A stretch of 64,000 bases of DNA from an uncultured Bacteroidia bacterium (lineage in GTDB: Bacteria > Bacteroidota > Bacteroidia > NS11-12g > UBA9320), in assembly GCA_943789165.1 (NCBI GenBank), contig CALSTB010000005.1, forward strand, positions 56,398 to 120,397, written 5' to 3'. Below the pieces are notes generated by a model. The model did no database searches, was not told the DNA's origin, and saw only the letters and a program-made list of their open reading frames with translations. Below, in pieces: positions 51,601 to 61,446 of this stretch. Made by a program: the position numbers and the translations under genes. Position 1 is the stretch's first letter. Each line of letters starts with the position of its first letter.

Positions 51601-53105
51601 TCTACATACCACGGACTTGGCATTAATGAAGCGACAGTAGTTCCTGTATCCACACAAAATGCAAAACCCCCATTTGACTCTGTGTATTGATAATACCCTT
51701 GATTCGAAAAGCCTACTTTCCGAATGTGCCGTAAACTATCTTCCCCCGTGTTTTGGGTGCAATTGCTATTGATGTCGTTTAGCGTGAATCCATGCACTTT
51801 CCCAGTAGCGTTTGTTGTGTCAAACTGTAATCTGTAAACGTAAGTGGATACCGCATTTAAAGGGCACGCATTGTCACGTATCGTAATAGGAAATACGAGA
51901 GGGTGTTGTGTTAACTTGGTTAAATCGACCTTTGCTATATCTAAACATATTTCAGCAGCGGGGTTGGTGTCTGTGGGATTAAGAATGTGGAAAGTAACAC
52001 CATAAGGTAGTGTTGGAGGTACGAATGAAACGGTATCCGCAGGAGGTGCCGCAAATGGAGGTGGAGGGACTAAAACCTTATCGTACGTTTGTATCGTAAA
52101 GCAATATTCTTCCATGCATGGCGTCAGCTTTATAGTCTGTATTTTTTCACCTTTAATAATTGGCGGATTGTTTCCAGGGCATAGTGTCGTGATGTATTGC
52201 ATGTCACGTCTCGTTATGCCAATCTTTCTATAAGTACCAGCTGAATCCTTGCGCCACTCTGTAATTTCCAACACGGCAACAGTGATTTCGTCACACTTTG
52301 TAGGTGTCCAAATCATTGACCCATTGGCTTCATCTAAATAGATACCAATTGGAGGAGTTGCATTTGGATTGTTGTAAGGATACTTTAAAGTCCCGGGGTA
52401 ATATACTTGAAAAGGCTGCTCAAAAGTATAATTACCACTGTACGAGATTTTATTGTTATATCCTCTCAATGGATTTGCAAACGAATAGGATAAAGAATCA
52501 AAGTCTGTTAGATCGAAACCACCAACCGAAGAATAACTAGGTTGGTTGCAACACAACTGTCCAATTGGAGGATATAAAAACTGTGGAGAATTGTTAACCG
52601 GAGCCTCACACAGATTAATCAAAGCATAGGTATAGAAATTCTGATTTGCAGCACCAGTGTTGATGTTACTATTGCGACAGCATTGACCTGTCTCTAACCG
52701 TATTTCACATGTTCCATTGGAAAGTAAATTACTGTAAGGTGCTTTTTTGAAATCTACACTAACTGTATAAGTGTGCGCTTCAATGCCATCACCCGTTCTA
52801 CTAGTGTTTGAAGGATAACACCTTGCACTTGCTGATTTACATAAAGGTGTTACCTCTTTGATGGATTCAAGATTCAAGGATACGCCAACCTTTGTTCCAG
52901 TTTGTTGCGAAATAAACTGAGTGTTAGAACTTGGGTTGCTAACTGGAACTCCACCACAATAACGATAGTAAACTAATTTAAACGTATACGCATATGCCGA
53001 ATCACAGGTATAGGTAATATCGGCCCCCATAACGTGGGTAGCATATGACTTGCTTCCAATACCTAGGCATATTACGGTGATTAACAAACAAAGAAACTTT
53101 TTCAT
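48636..53105 (-). CDS. Large PKD-domain surface protein with a gliding-motility-associated (T9SS type B) C-terminal domain
   Basis: Signal peptide with ATHVMGADITY.C, a YDPNIK...YTVEFQNEGTA Ig-like domain, WxYGD PKD repeats and YIPNTYSPNNDGINESF CTD. Confidence 0.85.
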   Translation of the reverse strand: MKKFLCLLITVICLGIGSKSYATHVMGADITYTCDSAYAYTFKLVYYRYCGGVPVSNPSSNTQFISQQTGTKVGVSLNLESIKEVTPLCKSASARCYPSNTSRTGDGIEAHTYTVSVDFKKAPYSNLLSNGTCEIRLETGQCCRNSNINTGAANQNFYTYALINLCEAPVNNSPQFLYPPIGQLCCNQPSYSSVGGFDLTDFDSLSYSFANPLRGYNNKISYSGNYTFEQPFQVYYPGTLKYPYNNPNATPPIGIYLDEANGSMIWTPTKCDEITVAVLEITEWRKDSAGTYRKIGITRRDMQYITTLCPGNNPPIIKGEKIQTIKLTPCMEEYCFTIQTYDKVLVPPPPFAAPPADTVSFVPPTLPYGVTFHILNPTDTNPAAEICLDIAKVDLTKLTQHPLVFPITIRDNACPLNAVSTYVYRLQFDTTNATGKVHGFTLNDINSNCTQNTGEDSLRHIRKVGFSNQGYYQYTESNGGFAFCVDTGTTVASLMPSPWYVDQCASDTIQIQKDSIHDIVFYSKLKDGIAGYVYTGGTSCKIDSSSKPIRGQMVVAQPGNHYVTTDKDGYYLFNLDSGKYAISLVNDTSIWKNRCTKSISISLSANETKHIDTFINYHKTITDLDVKLGFSSGTTVRKGTDCYANLVVSNKGISVIDSAVITVETANNIATLSKSHKSWTSLGSGTYQTTVYNLLPNVNHRLSLYLATKGLSVGNKISFIASSDSSSTKNDGNRTNNADTAVLVVVAPYDPNIKTAYPDSIFTVTDRRLTYTVEFQNEGTASAIDVVVRDTLSDLFDLSTLQVHRSSHEFAYILEGNHLWFEFNGIHLPPKSIDEPGSIGSVTFSIALKKDIFVDTLVQNRVGLYFDTEDVVLTEYQTNHFKSPIEFSDGFRNLYCNSDTILIPFKTWFTPDASNQFILELTDGSGAFSSFTPVDSLISSQTTGSFSYVISETDTTATNYRFRIRSTQTATDMFQAAYSPAITIETVKRASVISSDVVACYGSTITAKPSAYFSENVVYLNGNKIIGGPDIVYSTDSLKHQDYVYFKQKTDLGCVVHTDTAYYDILTTPSIQFLPMDSIYCDSIATVDFNYQLTHSNGTGGTQEIHWNYGDQTTATANPILPYSSHAYTKGKYDVTVTARHYECTDSSKVTIYVGAKPKPNMVVHANNICPKEALNVTIKTNVEFDFDLDSSYWDYGDGNSFFSSDGSQNTHRYSDSGQYNVKFVMFSQGCISDTLSVNINVIEAPKGTILPNTVSGCLPNAEFTFNSSITGDYKSYNWLIDGQSFYTDSVVHAYTTAGKKQVAFIVESNGICVDTSYVDIDVYEQPEASFEVKESDGFEVEITNTSIRNMRNFWTIDNAEMEQNDGSFIHLFTQNGEHVIRLIIESEEGCLDTTENMATVSGEYEFYIPNTYSPNNDGINESFNVVPNHNIQSIELSLYDRFGVMVVESKDKNNLINKDLFPGVYLMNIDIIAIDGTKHVYSGVLHVW

Positions 53106-53242
53106 GATGTGGTTTTACCTTACGCAAATTCGGTAAATTTTGACTCGAATCCTAGCAGCACACTTTGTCATAATTTCCACGTGACACAATAATTACATTC
53201 TAAAAAACGCTATTACTAATACCCTATTGAATTGAAATTGAA

Positions 53243-53995
53243 ATGTTTAGATTGTTGTCCTGTATGGTTTTGGTCTGCCTAGGTGTCACCTCCTATGGAC
53301 AAATCATCGTAGTTACCGATACGGTACCTCAAGAACACAGCCTTCAAGAAACACGTAGTACCCAAGTGCTTGAGCTTAAAATGCAACAGTTAGAACTCAA
53401 TAGAAAAATAGAGTTATTGCAGCGAGACACAACAGATCTAAACAAAGAAATTAATCTTCTAAAAAAAGAAAACACAGAGTTAGGGAATGAACTCAGTCAA
53501 TACAAAAATGGCATTTTCTTTGGCATCGGCTTTGGCTTTAATTACTTCACTAGTAGTCCACCCAAATATTACATCAAAAACGACAGCACCATTGGGGAGT
53601 ACGGAAACGAGAATGGCTTAAGCTTTATTTTAAGTGGATTTATGGCGTATAAAATCAAAGAAAAGCACAGCCTCATTTTTAATGTACCATTAGGTGACGT
53701 CACCAATAGAGAAGAGTTTAAGATTGGTTTGTTCAATCAAAAAATGGCTGGAGGAATAGGGTACGGCCGCAACCTGGGGAACGTATCCCTAATTTTTATC
53801 ATGAATATTAGTCCATACGAATCCATTGAGAAAGAACTGCTTTCTGAAGAAAAATTTGATATGGAGAAATACACCAAAATTGACCCAAGAGACTACCCAA
53901 GCACAACGCGGTATAGTCCGAGTTTTACCATTGGGTTTTCTTATAATTTTCAAAGTGGTGGGCAAATCAACCCAGCCAATCTGACGGGTTATTAG
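53243..53995 (+). CDS. Hypothetical exported protein (coiled coil then beta-rich region)
   Basis: 250-aa ORF with signal peptide, heptad-rich segment and alternating beta-strand pattern. Confidence 0.65.
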   Translation: MFRLLSCMVLVCLGVTSYGQIIVVTDTVPQEHSLQETRSTQVLELKMQQLELNRKIELLQRDTTDLNKEINLLKKENTELGNELSQYKNGIFFGIGFGFNYFTSSPPKYYIKNDSTIGEYGNENGLSFILSGFMAYKIKEKHSLIFNVPLGDVTNREEFKIGLFNQKMAGGIGYGRNLGNVSLIFIMNISPYESIEKELLSEEKFDMEKYTKIDPRDYPSTTRYSPSFTIGFSYNFQSGGQINPANLTGY

Positions 53996-55641
53996 GTCTG
54001 TAATACACCAACATTAAATGCCTCAACTGGTTGGTTGTTGGCCATTTCGATACCAGAAGATATCCAATCACGCGTATGTACGGGGTCAATAATGGCATCT
54101 ACCCACAATCGAGAAGCGGCATATTCTGGAGTTGTTTGTTCGTTATACCGATTAATGATTTTATCTAAAAGGCTTTTTCGTCTTTCGCAGTTATTTCTTC
54201 TCCAGTTTTCTTCAGCAGATGCTTTCTCGATTTGTAACAACACCTTGGCTGCTTGTTCTCCTCCCATTACCGCAATCTTGGCTGTTGGCCAAGCGACAAT
54301 CAAACGCGGATCATACGCTTTACCACACATGGCATAGTTGCCTGCTCCATAACTGTTGCCCATGATTATGGTAAATTTAGGAACTGTACTGTTGCTCATC
54401 GCATTCACCATTTTGGCACCATCTTTTATGATACCTCCTTGTTCAGATCGTGAACCAACCATAAAACCAGTTACGTCTTGTAAAAACACCAACGGAATTT
54501 TTTTCTGGTTGCAGTTCATGATAAACCGTGCTGCTTTGTCGGCAGAGTCGCTAGTAAATGACACCTCCAAACTGCATTTCTCCTTTTTTGGTTTTAACGA
54601 TTTGTCGGTTGTTGGCAACCACTACCAACTGCCCAGCCATTGATTCTACCAAACCCACAAATAATGGTTTTACCAAAATCTTTTTTATACTGTTCAAAAA
54701 CTCCGTCGTCCATTAACTGTGTGACAAGCGTGATTGAATCATAAGGCTTACCTCGATCATGCGGCATGATGCCATACAATTTCTTTTGGTCAGGAATGCT
54801 GAATTTCTTATCGCTGTGATTGAAGCCAGCTATTTCGAAACTACCAACCTTGTCCATCAAGAATTTTATTCGATCCAGACACTGCTTCGTCGTTTGGGAA
54901 CCGATCATCTATGACGCCAGACATTTCTGTTTGAGAAACGGAGCCTCCTAATGTTTCGTTGTCAATGGTCTTCTCCGATGGCTGCCTTTACCAAGATAGG
55001 ACTTCCTGCTAGGAAAAGACTGGAACCGGTTTTGTCAACGATTAGTGCCTCGTCTGCTCATAATCGGGTAGGTAGGCACCGCCGGCCACACAGCTGCCCA
55101 TTACGGCAGCAATTTGAGCGATGCCTTTGCTACTCAGTCATAGCGTTATTTCTAAAGATTCGACCGAAGTGTTCTTTGTCGGGAAGATTTCGTCTTGCAT
55201 AGGAAGATATACGCCTGCACTATCCACCAAATAGATAATGGGTAGCCTGTTTTCCAACGCAATTTCCTGAAACCGTAAGTTCTTTTTACCGGTGATTGGA
55301 AACCATGCACCCGCTTTAACCGTCGCGTCGTTTGCTACTATGATGCATTGACGGCCTTGTATCTTCGTAATGCCACCAACGACTCCCCCGGCAGGACAGC
55401 CTCCATGTTCGGCATACATACCATCACCCTGCATGCGCACCTATTTCCAAGAAAGTAGCGTCATCGTCCTTTAAGTAGTCGATACGCTCACGAGCCAGCA
55501 TCTTGCCTTTACTCTTTTTGTTTGGCTGCAGATTTTCCTCCTCCACCCATTTGATAGCACTTATTTGCCTATTGAGCTTCGAGACAAGTTGTCGGAGTCT
55601 TATCCTCGTTTCTTGTTAAATTCCAGTTGTTCTGCATTCAT
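53992..55641 (-). pseudogene. Acyl-CoA (methylcrotonyl/propionyl-CoA) carboxylase beta subunit, multiply frameshifted as given (probably consensus errors)
   Basis: ATG at 55641 (MNAEQLEFNK). Fragments in different frames carry [58 protein letters not shown] and AASRLWVDAIIDP. Confidence 0.88.
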
Positions 55642-55729
55642 ATTTCAAATATAGGATTCCCCTCGGGCTTCGCATTTCGCATTAAAAATAAATTTACCCA
55701 TTTTTTTAAATGAAAAGGAGTAAGAATGT

Positions 55730-55737
55730 TACTTTTG
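55730..55737 (+). promoter_or_regulatory. Promoter -7 element of ffs
   Basis: TACTTTTG directly upstream of the RNA 5' stem. Confidence 0.7.
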
Positions 55738-55741
55738 CGCC

Positions 55742-55825
55742 GGCTGACACGACCAGCTCCCTTCGAACTCCCCCAGGGCAGGAATGCAGCAAGGGTAAGT
55801 AGGTTGTAGCGGTGCGATGTCAGCC
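55742..55825 (+). ncRNA. ffs: Small signal recognition particle RNA (4.5S)
   Basis: Terminal stem GGCTGACA/TGTCAGCC, conserved domain IV CAGG-GCA-GGAA-TGC-AGCA, and a following U-tract. Confidence 0.92.
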
Positions 55826-55942
55826 TTTTTTTATGGATTCATTTTTCTCTAAAATGGATTCTATTTCCAGATGACTTTTCTTAATTTTTTCAGGATTCAA
55901 TTGAAAAAAAACCGTTGATTTGCAGTCTAACAATTGTAACAA

Positions 55943-56599
55943 ATGAAATTTTTCGTCGACACCGCCAACTTAGACCAAATAGCAGAAGCACAAGATCTCG
56001 GAATCTTGGATGGAGTAACTACCAACCCATAGCTTGATGGCCAAAGAAGGTATTTCTGGAGTAGATAATGTATTAGCACATTACAAAGCCATTTGTGATA
56101 TCGTAGATGGGGACGTAAGTGCTGAAGTTATTTCAACCGATTTCGCTGGTATGGTGAGAGAAGGTGAAACTTGGCACAGATTGACGATAAGATAGTGGTT
56201 AAAGTTCCGATGATTAAGGATGGTGTAAAGGCGATTAGCTATTTCACCGACAATGGAATCAAAACCAATTGTACTTTGGTGTTTTCGGCTGGACAAGCAA
56301 TATTAGCAGCAAAAGCGGGTGCTACTTACTTGTCACCGTTTATTGGTCGTGTTGACGACATTAGTTGGGATGGTATGGAGTTGATTGAGCAAATCAGCAA
56401 TATTTATGCGATTCAAGGATTTTCAACACAAATATTAGCTGCGTCTATTCGCAACCCTTTACACATTGTAAAAGCCGCTGAAGCCGGCGCCGATGTTTGT
56501 ACCTGTCCATTAAGTTCAATCTTAGGATTGTTAAACCACCCATTAACAGATATAGGATTAGCAAAATTTTTGGCAGATCATCAAAAATCAAGCAACTAA
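55943..56599 (+). CDS. fsa: Transaldolase / fructose-6-phosphate aldolase (FSA type) with compensating +1/-1 indels near 56029 and 56169
   Basis: MKFFVDTAN...GVTTNP, then SLMAKEG...VSAEV in a shifted frame, then VVKVP, NCTLVFS.GQA, SPFIGR.DD and AASIR. Repaired length is 218 aa. Confidence 0.9.
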
Positions 56600-56619
56600 T
56601 CGGATAAGAAAAACGTTAT

Positions 56620-56650
56620 AAAGAGCAACTACCTGTAGTTGCTCTTTTTT
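56620..56650 (+). terminator. Rho-independent terminator
   Basis: AAAGAGCAACTAC-CT-GTAGTTGCTCTTTTTT. Confidence 0.8.
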
Positions 56651-56669
56651 ATTTATTATTACCCCGATT

Positions 56670-57392
56670 TTGAAAAACATCGTCATCATACCGACCTACA
56701 ACGAAATTGAGAATGTGGAACACATGATCAGGACAGTCATGTCTTTAGATTTCGAGGTTGACCTTCTCATTGTTGACGATAATTCTCCAGATGGGACAGG
56801 TACAAAAGTGACCGAGTTGCAAAAGGAGTTTGATAACCTGTTTCTAGAAACGAGAAAAGAAAAGAATGGATTAGGTACGGCCTATATCCATGGGTTTAAA
56901 TGGTGTTTGGATCATCAATACGATTTCATTTTTGAAATGGATTGTGATTTTTCACACAACCCCAAAGACTTAATTCGATTATGGGAAGCATGCCAAGACG
57001 AATCTGTGGGCGTTGCTGTTGGATCAAGATACGTAGACAATTTGGTAAACGTAGTTAACTGGCCAATGGGTCGGGTTTTACTTTCTTATTTCGCGTCTAT
57101 GTATGTTCGGTTCATTACACGGATGAAGATTATGGATACCACAGCGGGTTTTGTGTGTTATAAATCAGAAGTCTTAAAAGCCATCAACTTAGATAAAATT
57201 CGATTTAGAGGGTATGCGTTTCAAATTGAGATGAAGTTCACAGCACTAAAGCACGGTTTTAGTATCGTTGAGGTTCCAATCATCTTCACAGATCGAACCA
57301 AAGGCACTTCTAAAATGAGTAAAGGTATTGTTAAAGAGGCACTTTTAGGTGTCATTCAAATGAAGCTTCAAAGCTTTTTTAGGAAGTATTAA
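56670..57392 (+). CDS. Polyprenol monophosphomannose synthase (GT2)
   Basis: IIPTYNE, VDDNSPDGT, GLGTAY, EMDCDFSH, GSRY and GYAFQIE. Confidence 0.92.
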   Translation: MKNIVIIPTYNEIENVEHMIRTVMSLDFEVDLLIVDDNSPDGTGTKVTELQKEFDNLFLETRKEKNGLGTAYIHGFKWCLDHQYDFIFEMDCDFSHNPKDLIRLWEACQDESVGVAVGSRYVDNLVNVVNWPMGRVLLSYFASMYVRFITRMKIMDTTAGFVCYKSEVLKAINLDKIRFRGYAFQIEMKFTALKHGFSIVEVPIIFTDRTKGTSKMSKGIVKEALLGVIQMKLQSFFRKY

Positions 57393-57576
57393 AGCCGTCC
57401 CAAAATAGGAATGACCATCGCCGTATTGGGAATTATTCCACTTTTATTTAAAAAGTAACATCTTGTAAGGAGCACGTAGTCAGCGTGTTGTATATTAGTT
57501 TTTCTTTGGTAAGCTAGTTGTAAACCCTATGCTGTAGTCAAAGTGTGCCGTGTGCATACTTTTTAATTATAGTCGC

Positions 57577-60500
57577 ATGATTAAAGATTTTTACCACAAC
57601 GGTGTTAAAACGCTTACCGTTATTCTTTGCGTTTTGTTTTCAAGTCATTTTGTTTCTGCCCAATCTTGTGGCAGCATATAGTTAGGAGATGATGTCGAAG
57701 TGTGTTCTGGAAGCTCAGCAACACTAACACCTACCGAAGATTTTAAGTTATCTGGAAATTTGGAAAGCCTATTGGCATATAAAGGGGTGGTTTCTAACCC
57801 TAGCAATGCGTTAGGTGATCCTGATGGTTCTGGTGCTTACTTCTGCAGAGGAAATTCAGGAACATATACGGGCGCTGTTTGGTCGGTCCCATGTAACCTA
57901 CCTTCTGGAACCAAGTTGAAAATTAGAGTGAAGGTGCCGTCTGGTACTGCTTACTTCAAGGTCTATGGAGCGAAAGATAACTATTCCTATAGCTCAGACT
58001 ATACATTAATTGCCTGTAAGTATGTGTCGGGTAGTTCATACCAAGACATATGTGTAACCACCAACGGTGAGTTTAATATATTAAAGATTTTAGATCAAGG
58101 TTGTTCTCCTTTTAAGGTGGACGCGATCACATTTGAGAAAACATGTACGGCGACCTATTCATGGAGTTCAGGTCAAACGACCAAATCCATTACTGTTAGT
58201 CCAACAACCACAACTTCGTATGTCTTAACCGCATCTTTATGTGGAAACACGCTAAAAGATACTATTGAGGTAGCAGTTAAAAGTTGCAATTCGGGTGATC
58301 CAACGTGTTCGAAGGTCGTAGGAAATACAAGAGGATGTTCAAGCAAGCCTTATGTTATTTGGTTAAAGGATAAAAATGGAAGTGCGCATTATTTGAGTGG
58401 TGATTCTACGGATTATAAATGGTACGAATACAGTAATGGAGATGCAAAATTGATAGCTACTGGAATAAGTGCTTCAGGATTGTCTGGAACATTCGATGTA
58501 GAGTTAATGTTTGCTGGGATGACTTCAACCCCTCCAACGAATAGTCCAAAGTATAGTTCATGTTTTAGTGTTGGGAGCACAACGGGTTGGAATTATTTTA
58601 CCACGACAACCGGGACTTTAACTTCAACCAATTACGGTACAATGTCGTTATCCAGAAAAGGGCCAGCGGCTCAAATTGGTGACGGAGCAAACATTACACA
58701 AGATGGTTATGGGGCATCAGGTTGGTTTAATATTACTGGTGGAACTGGACATATTACAACAGGTGATTTTAATGTAATGCTAAGCGGGTGTATTATACCT
58801 ATAATTGAGACATCAGTTTGCGTTGACGATACATTAAGCTTGTGTATTGATGATCTTGTAAACTTAGATAGCATTTACGGAGAAGACGTGACAGTACAAG
58901 CAAGTACCACGACTTCTAGCGGTGCGAAAGTAACAGTTGAAACAGGGAGTTATACGATGGGTGTTGATTGCTGCAACGGCAACAAGCCAAATGCAATTAC
59001 ATACCAGTACGTTTCAAGCAATAAAATTGACAACAGTCAGACTAATAGCAATGTAACAACCTATACAAACCCTAATGGAGCAAAGGCACTAATTATCGTT
59101 AGTGGAAACTCTACAGCGTCGGATACGTCAAATCCGTTGTATAGAGGCTACGTTGATGCAGGAGAAAAGTTTACGGTTATTAGATCACAATCTAACAAAT
59201 GGCAAGCCAATCACTACATAAGAATTATGTCAGCCGATGGTTCGAGTTTGTTGCAATTTTCTAATATCCATGTGTCATGTAGCCAGCCTTTAGTTTCTGG
59301 TGAACAGTTTGGAAATATTGTAATTTCATCAGTGACTACAAACGGGTCAACTTGTTCGGGAGGAGCACCTGACTGCGAATCTTCTATCACATATATTCCT
59401 GCAAATGGTTTTGTAGGCTTAGATACAATCAGCTTTGAAGTGTGTACATCCGGTGCTAATTCATGGTGCAGTGAGGTTCCAATTGTAGTTGATGTGAAGA
59501 ATTGTACAGTGTCTCCAGAATGTAAATCAATTGTTGGAAATACAAGAGGTTGTGCCAATACACCGTATGTCATTTATTTGGTTGATAAAAATGGGGCGGC
59601 ACATCACCTTAAAGGTGACTCAACGGCTTACGAATGGAATGTGTATACCAATGGTACAGCTCAGTTTACAGCCAGTGATATTTCTGCATCGGGCTTAAGT
59701 GGCACTTTTGATGTCGATTTAACCTTCTCTGGAGCGACAACAACACCTCCAACGAATAGTCCAAAATACAGCTCATGTTTTAGTGTAGGTAGTGTGAATG
59801 GATGGGTATATTACCCAACTACAACAGGTACTATTACTTCAACAAGCTATGGAACAATGTCAATCAGTCGCCAGGGACCTTCGTTCCAAGTTGGTGATGG
59901 TGCGAATATTACCCAAGATGGTTACGGTGCTAGTGGATGGTTAGCGGTGACAGGTGGAAATGGCCACATTAAAGCTGGGGACATAAACATTATGTTGACG
60001 GAAGAATGTGACACCAATTCTGAATGTGATGAGACTCACACATTTGATCCATGTATCGTAACGTATGGTAAAGGGTCGTACAACAATTCATCAACAACCA
60101 TTTCAATCACACAAACGGTTTCTGAAATTAAAGAAATTGTTGTGGAAGGAATTTATAAAGGTGGACAGCCTACAGGTGGAAGCTTTACCAATGGGTCAAC
60201 TACTGTGAATTGGTCTAGCTCAGATGCGAAAGCACTTGACAATGTTTCAGGTACTACCGATAAAGGATATTATCAAGCAACCTTGCCAGCAGCTTCATCT
60301 GTAACTATGAATGTATCTAACAACCAAAGCAAAATGCATGGTATGGCGGCTTACGTTGTGATGAAAGACGAATTCTGTGCAGACAACTTTACATCAGTTT
60401 CTGATGAACGTTATTATACGTATCACAACACACAAACATCGACGTTCTCGATGCCAGCGACCATCAACGAAAAAACCATTACTGCAGTTTTACCAATTGC

Positions 60501-61446
60501 AGAAATGAACAACGATACGCGTATTGCAGTATTTACATTAACAGCTGGTAGTGCTTCAGAATCGGTAACGATTAATTCATACGACCTTGGTCGATCAATG
60601 ACTTTACAAACCTTAACGTTGAACGACGTACCGGGTGGCGTAACAAGTGCAACCTTAACTATGAGCTCTCCATCTTCAAATGGTGATAGCTATGTAACAG
60701 GTAGTGCAATGTTTAACTGGTATTTACCATGTGAAACCAACTCAGGTAAAAATAGAATTGCAGGAACTGTATTCTTTGACGCTGATAGAGATACAACGTT
60801 GGACAACGACGAGGACGGAGAGCCAGGTGTAATGGTGTATTTGTATGACGACAAGGATGATGATGGTATGTTTGACGACAACGAGTTGACGCCAATCGAC
60901 AGCATGTTATCCGGATCAGATGGAACATTTGAATTCTTCGTAGACTACGTGTGCAACGAAGGTTATATCAACAACTTAGAGTACCAATCGAGCATAGACA
61001 ACCCAAGCAATATGTTGGGCGAACCTGACGGGGATTATGCAACGTATAACAACAACGCGGACAATCTAATTGTTGAGTTGGATGGTACGATTAAAGACGG
61101 CGAAACGTATTCTATATTCTTAAGAACGATTGAGACTGGAGCGTATGCGATCATCAGTGAGTCAACGGATGGTATTAATTTCTATCACAACGACAACATT
61201 GCCATCTTAACTTCTTCAAGCGGAGAGTATACAATCACGGCAGATAGAGACGTGAATTTCATCAAATTCGATAAGAACTCGATCAATACAATTTCTGGAT
61301 ATAATTCATATGGAAGTACGAGTACTAACTCAGCCGATTACGGTATCCACGGAATCGAATTCTGTAAAGGCATCAATAGTTTTCTTAATCGATACGGATT
61401 TAAATACGTACCCAGCAAATACAGAGTTGACTACGGACAATTATGA
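57577..61446 (+). CDS. Very large secreted protein, N-terminal part (in-frame TAG at 57679; +1 indel near 61382)
   Basis: Signal peptide from ATG 57577 (…HFVSAQ) is in frame with the ORF at 57700. Contains a duplicated ~162-aa Cys-bounded domain, an IHVSCSQPL domain and an SdrD-B-like domain (GTVFFDADRD...GEPGV.VYL). Confidence 0.8.

Noticed and set aside
57397..57433. Pair of ...GGAAT motifs 21 bp apart upstream of the large T9SS gene
   Set aside because: The match is too short and degenerate to support a binding site from this window alone.
56030..57681. TAG stop-codon reassignment (in-frame TAGs at 56030 and 57679, also 7541)
   Set aside because: Conserved genes such as atpE, atpG and fahA end at TAG at their expected termini, and the 56030 TAG arises from an indel.
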